DNA of 49,931 nt from an uncultured Halobacteriales archaeon (GTDB lineage Archaea > Halobacteriota > Halobacteria > Halobacteriales > Halalkalicoccaceae): the NCBI GenBank assembly GCA_964403315.1, contig CAYOFZ010000001.1, forward strand, positions 1 to 49,931, read 5' to 3'. Both the position numbers and the translations under genes were made by a program. The notes below the pieces were generated by a model, which had not been told where the DNA came from, searched no databases, and saw only the letters and a program-made list of their open reading frames with translations. Shown here in pieces: positions 47,703 through 49,931 of this stretch. Position 1 is the stretch's first letter. Each line of letters starts with the position of its first letter.

Positions 47703-48617
47703 TCATCCACGGACCTCCGTCGCGATCTGTGAGACACGACCGCGGGAAACGGGGCACGCTTCGAGTCGTGCGACCTCCTCGCCGGTCATGTCGGTGTCGC
47801 GGTACACCGACGCGATCCACTTGTTTCGCTCTTCCTCGCGTGCTTGCTTGCGGGCCCTTTCGATTTGTTCATCGACCTCGCTCTGTCGAATCCAGTTACC
47901 CGCGTAGTCGCCGTCGTCGAGGCGGTCGCCCTTCAGCCGGTCCATGTGCCGGAACGACGTGGACCTGTCCATGTTCGGCCATTCGAATGTCTGGAGCGTT
48001 TCGTAATACAGCACGCGCTTGGTCGGGTGAATCCGCTTTTTGTAGACGCGGGCGAACCCACGCCGTTCGACGTTGATCCAGTAGTCCGCCAACCGCTCGA
48101 ATCGACTGTCGATCTCCTGGGGCGACGGGAGGTTGATGAGCGCGACGATCTCGCGCACTCGCGCCATCTGCCACTTCTCGGCGGCGTCGACGTTCTTGTT
48201 CGAGTTCGAGCGCCGGGCGTCGAACTGCTCGCCCTCTTCCATAACCGAGGACGACCCCGGCGGCAGGTGGCTGTAAAAGTCCAAAAACTCGAACGGGTCG
48301 ATCGTCGTCTTGTGCTCCGAAAAGCCCGCCGGTGACGTATCGGCGACGTAGCCGAGAAAGTCACAGCAGTTCGTCTTCCCGACGCCGGTTTGCCCGTCCT
48401 TCGCCGTGACGATGTTTTTCGCGTCGCGCCCTTCCGATTTCCGCTGTGCCAGTTCGCGAAAGTACGGCCCGTTGAACGCGCCGAAGAGCCGCTCGGCCTC
48501 GGCTTCCGGGGCCGCTTCGACCTCCCGCTCGCGCAGCTCGTCGGCGAGATCCTTGTCGAGCACGCCGTCGAGATCGTGGGCGGGGTGGATGTCGGCGGTT
48601 GCGGCGGTCGCTGCCAT
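47703..48617 (-). CDS. P-loop NTPase with C-terminal HTH
   Basis: 304-aa ORF. Walker A GQTGVGKT. Walker-B-like SSSVMEEGE. C-terminal MTGEEVARLEACPVSRGRVSQIATEV. Confidence 0.65.
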   Translation of the reverse strand: MAATAATADIHPAHDLDGVLDKDLADELREREVEAAPEAEAERLFGAFNGPYFRELAQRKSEGRDAKNIVTAKDGQTGVGKTNCCDFLGYVADTSPAGFSEHKTTIDPFEFLDFYSHLPPGSSSVMEEGEQFDARRSNSNKNVDAAEKWQMARVREIVALINLPSPQEIDSRFERLADYWINVERRGFARVYKKRIHPTKRVLYYETLQTFEWPNMDRSTSFRHMDRLKGDRLDDGDYAGNWIRQSEVDEQIERARKQAREEERNKWIASVYRDTDMTGEEVARLEACPVSRGRVSQIATEVRG

Positions 48618-48619
48618 CG

Positions 48620-49132
48620 TCAGACCTCCCCCGGAACCTTTTCAAGCGCCTCGTCTTGCCCGCGGGCCTTCAACAGCGCCGCCAGATCGCCGTGGTCCGG
48701 GTCGTCGTGCGGCGTCTTTTCGCGCACCGACGCCCCGAAGCCGAGTTTTTTCCGACAGTCGTCGAGTTGCTTGGTCAACTGCATGAGGTACTGTTGATCC
48801 AACTCGCTCACCGCCGGGACGGATTGCATCTGTTGGCCCCCACCGCGGCGCGTCGATTCGACCGGCACCTGAACCGTCGTCCCAAGGCGGCTTTCGACCG
48901 GCTCGATATCGGGAAAGTCGCCCTCGTCGAGAATGCGTTCGTCGCGGTGCTCATACAGCACGTCCCAGTATTCGTACGCCGCGGCGGCGAGCTGGCGCTT
49001 CGTCTCGGGATCGGTGCGGCCATCAACGCCGTGGCGGCTAATCATCCGCCGGACGGCGAACGCCTCCTCGCGAACGTCGTGGATCAACCGCTCGGCGCGG
49101 GTGCTCTTGGTGTCGTCGTCGTAGTTACTCAT
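48620..49132 (-). CDS. hypothetical acidic protein
   Basis: 170-aa ORF. GGAGGT sits 7 nt before the downstream start. Confidence 0.55.
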   Translation of the reverse strand: MSNYDDDTKSTRAERLIHDVREEAFAVRRMISRHGVDGRTDPETKRQLAAAAYEYWDVLYEHRDERILDEGDFPDIEPVESRLGTTVQVPVESTRRGGGQQMQSVPAVSELDQQYLMQLTKQLDDCRKKLGFGASVREKTPHDDPDHGDLAALLKARGQDEALEKVPGEV

Positions 49133-49177
49133 GGCTGGCCTCCTGTGGGTCGGTATCCGTGTCTAAACACCGATCGC

Positions 49178-49438
49178 TCATTCGAGATCGCCCTCCACGC
49201 GGTAGTCCGACTTGGACGTGCGACGTTCGTCGAGGGCCAACTGATACCCGAACCCCGCGCCGATTTCGAAGTACTCCATGTTCACCTCATTTTCGACCCG
49301 CAACTCGGCCTTCTCTTGACGCCGGACGGCTTCTTCAGGCATGATCGCCCGGGCGACCCGGCACCGAAGTCGGTTGAGGCGGTCCATCGCCCCCGAGGAC
49401 GCGCCGGTATCGCCCCCACACAGATCGCTCTCACTCAT
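49178..49438 (-). CDS. hypothetical protein
   Basis: 86 aa from ATG 49438 (8-nt overlap with the upstream gene). Confidence 0.45.
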   Translation of the reverse strand: MSESDLCGGDTGASSGAMDRLNRLRCRVARAIMPEEAVRRQEKAELRVENEVNMEYFEIGAGFGYQLALDERRTSKSDYRVEGDLE

Positions 49439-49667
49439 CGCGTCCACCGTCCACACCGATCCATATCCCGTCGGGGTACACTTCGACGGTTAGATCCTGC
49501 CCGCGCCGCAACTGGTGCGTTTTGACGGCGTAGTCTGTCAGTCCGACGACCAACGAATTGCCATTTTTCGCGATACTTCGGGGATCTGAATAGAGCGGCT
49601 CCCCGCCATCGGCGCGGTGGGCGCGGTATTCTCGCACATCGGACCGCTGGTGTGGTTGCCCGGCCAT
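49431..49667 (-). CDS. AbrB/SpoVT-like DNA-binding protein
   Basis: 78 aa from ATG 49667. IAKNGNSLVVGLTDYAVKTHQLRRGQDLTVEVYPDGIWI. Confidence 0.5.
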   Translation of the reverse strand: MAGQPHQRSDVREYRAHRADGGEPLYSDPRSIAKNGNSLVVGLTDYAVKTHQLRRGQDLTVEVYPDGIWIGVDGGRDE

Positions 49668-49672
49668 GTGGG

Positions 49673-49728
49673 TACTAACAAGAATACTAACATAAGTCCC
49701 CACATGGATACTGACAGGTGTTAGTATC
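49673..49728. promoter_or_regulatory. operator array: TACTAACA x2, then palindrome GATACTGACA-GG-TGTTAGTATC
   Basis: Copies at 49673, 49685 and 49709, plus an inverted copy at 49719. Lies in a divergent intergenic region. Confidence 0.45.
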
Positions 49729-49768
49729 CCTCGGCGCAGTTATGAGTTTTGTGGCTGTTAGGCGACCT

Positions 49769-49931
49769 ATGGCGACAACCGCCAAGTCGTCTTCGCTCCA
49801 GCTCGGGGCGGGGGCGGTGACCAGACTCGAACGTAGTACCGGACTCTCAGAGGCACAGATCATGCAAGCGGTGCGTATCATCGGCGGCGCGATGATCGGC
49901 ATCGCGGTGCTGGCGCTCGTCCTGACGGAGG
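49769..49931 (+). CDS. small membrane protein, truncated by the window end (closes at window position 8 if circular)
   Basis: ATG 49769. MATTAKSS..GGAMIGIAVLALVLTE. The frame runs off the end. Confidence 0.4.
   Translation, partial: MATTAKSSSLQLGAGAVTRLERSTGLSEAQIMQAVRIIGGAMIGIAVLALVLTE

Noticed and set aside
1-49931. tRNA, rRNA, cas genes, a tyrosine integrase, orc/cdc6 or Rep, and capsid, portal or terminase genes.
   Set aside because: None could be recognised by motif inspection on either strand. Their absence is provisional until profile searches are run.

Overview
The window is GC-rich, and its plausible proteins are strongly acidic, so it most likely comes from a haloarchaeon (class Halobacteria). 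It is packed end to end with short, translationally coupled genes (ATGA, GTGA and TAATG overlaps) of virus or plasmid type. I saw no rRNA, tRNA, cas, capsid, portal or terminase genes. The odd length (49,931 nt) and an ORF that closes in frame across the window ends suggest a complete circular replicon.

Modules, in order:
- 48-10102 (+): membrane and secreted proteins followed by acidic disordered proteins. This could be an envelope or vesicle module.
- 10143-10790: a Tat lipoprotein with a CAP/SCP domain.
- 10792-13841: a 3.05-kb cassette bounded by a 50-bp coding direct repeat. It carries RHH-TnpB, a cas-less 8-repeat CRISPR array of type I-B-like repeats, and a membrane-anchored PD-(D/E)xK protein.
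- 13935-16577: glycan-modification genes (a frameshifted FkbM methyltransferase and a glycosyltransferase-like gene) and a mosaic fibre-like Tat protein.
- 18254-29618: long polycistrons of zinc-ribbon mini-proteins, interrupted at 23593-24769 by wHTH genes that include a convergent paralogous pair sharing palindromic operators.
- 30126-38242: a CCTGCAAGG iteron cluster, a HerA/DUF87-like ATPase plus an Hjc-like nuclease, then DUF1643, a C5 DNA methyltransferase and an MmcB-like nuclease.
- 38243-41259: a low-GC island with a 643-aa membrane protein, next to an AbrB-like gene and a small serine recombinase.
- 43366-49667 (-): a second block rich in membrane proteins, with a P-loop/HTH protein and an AbrB-like regulator.

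Family assignments come from motifs read by eye, not from database searches. Many long antisense ORFs are GC artefacts and were rejected.
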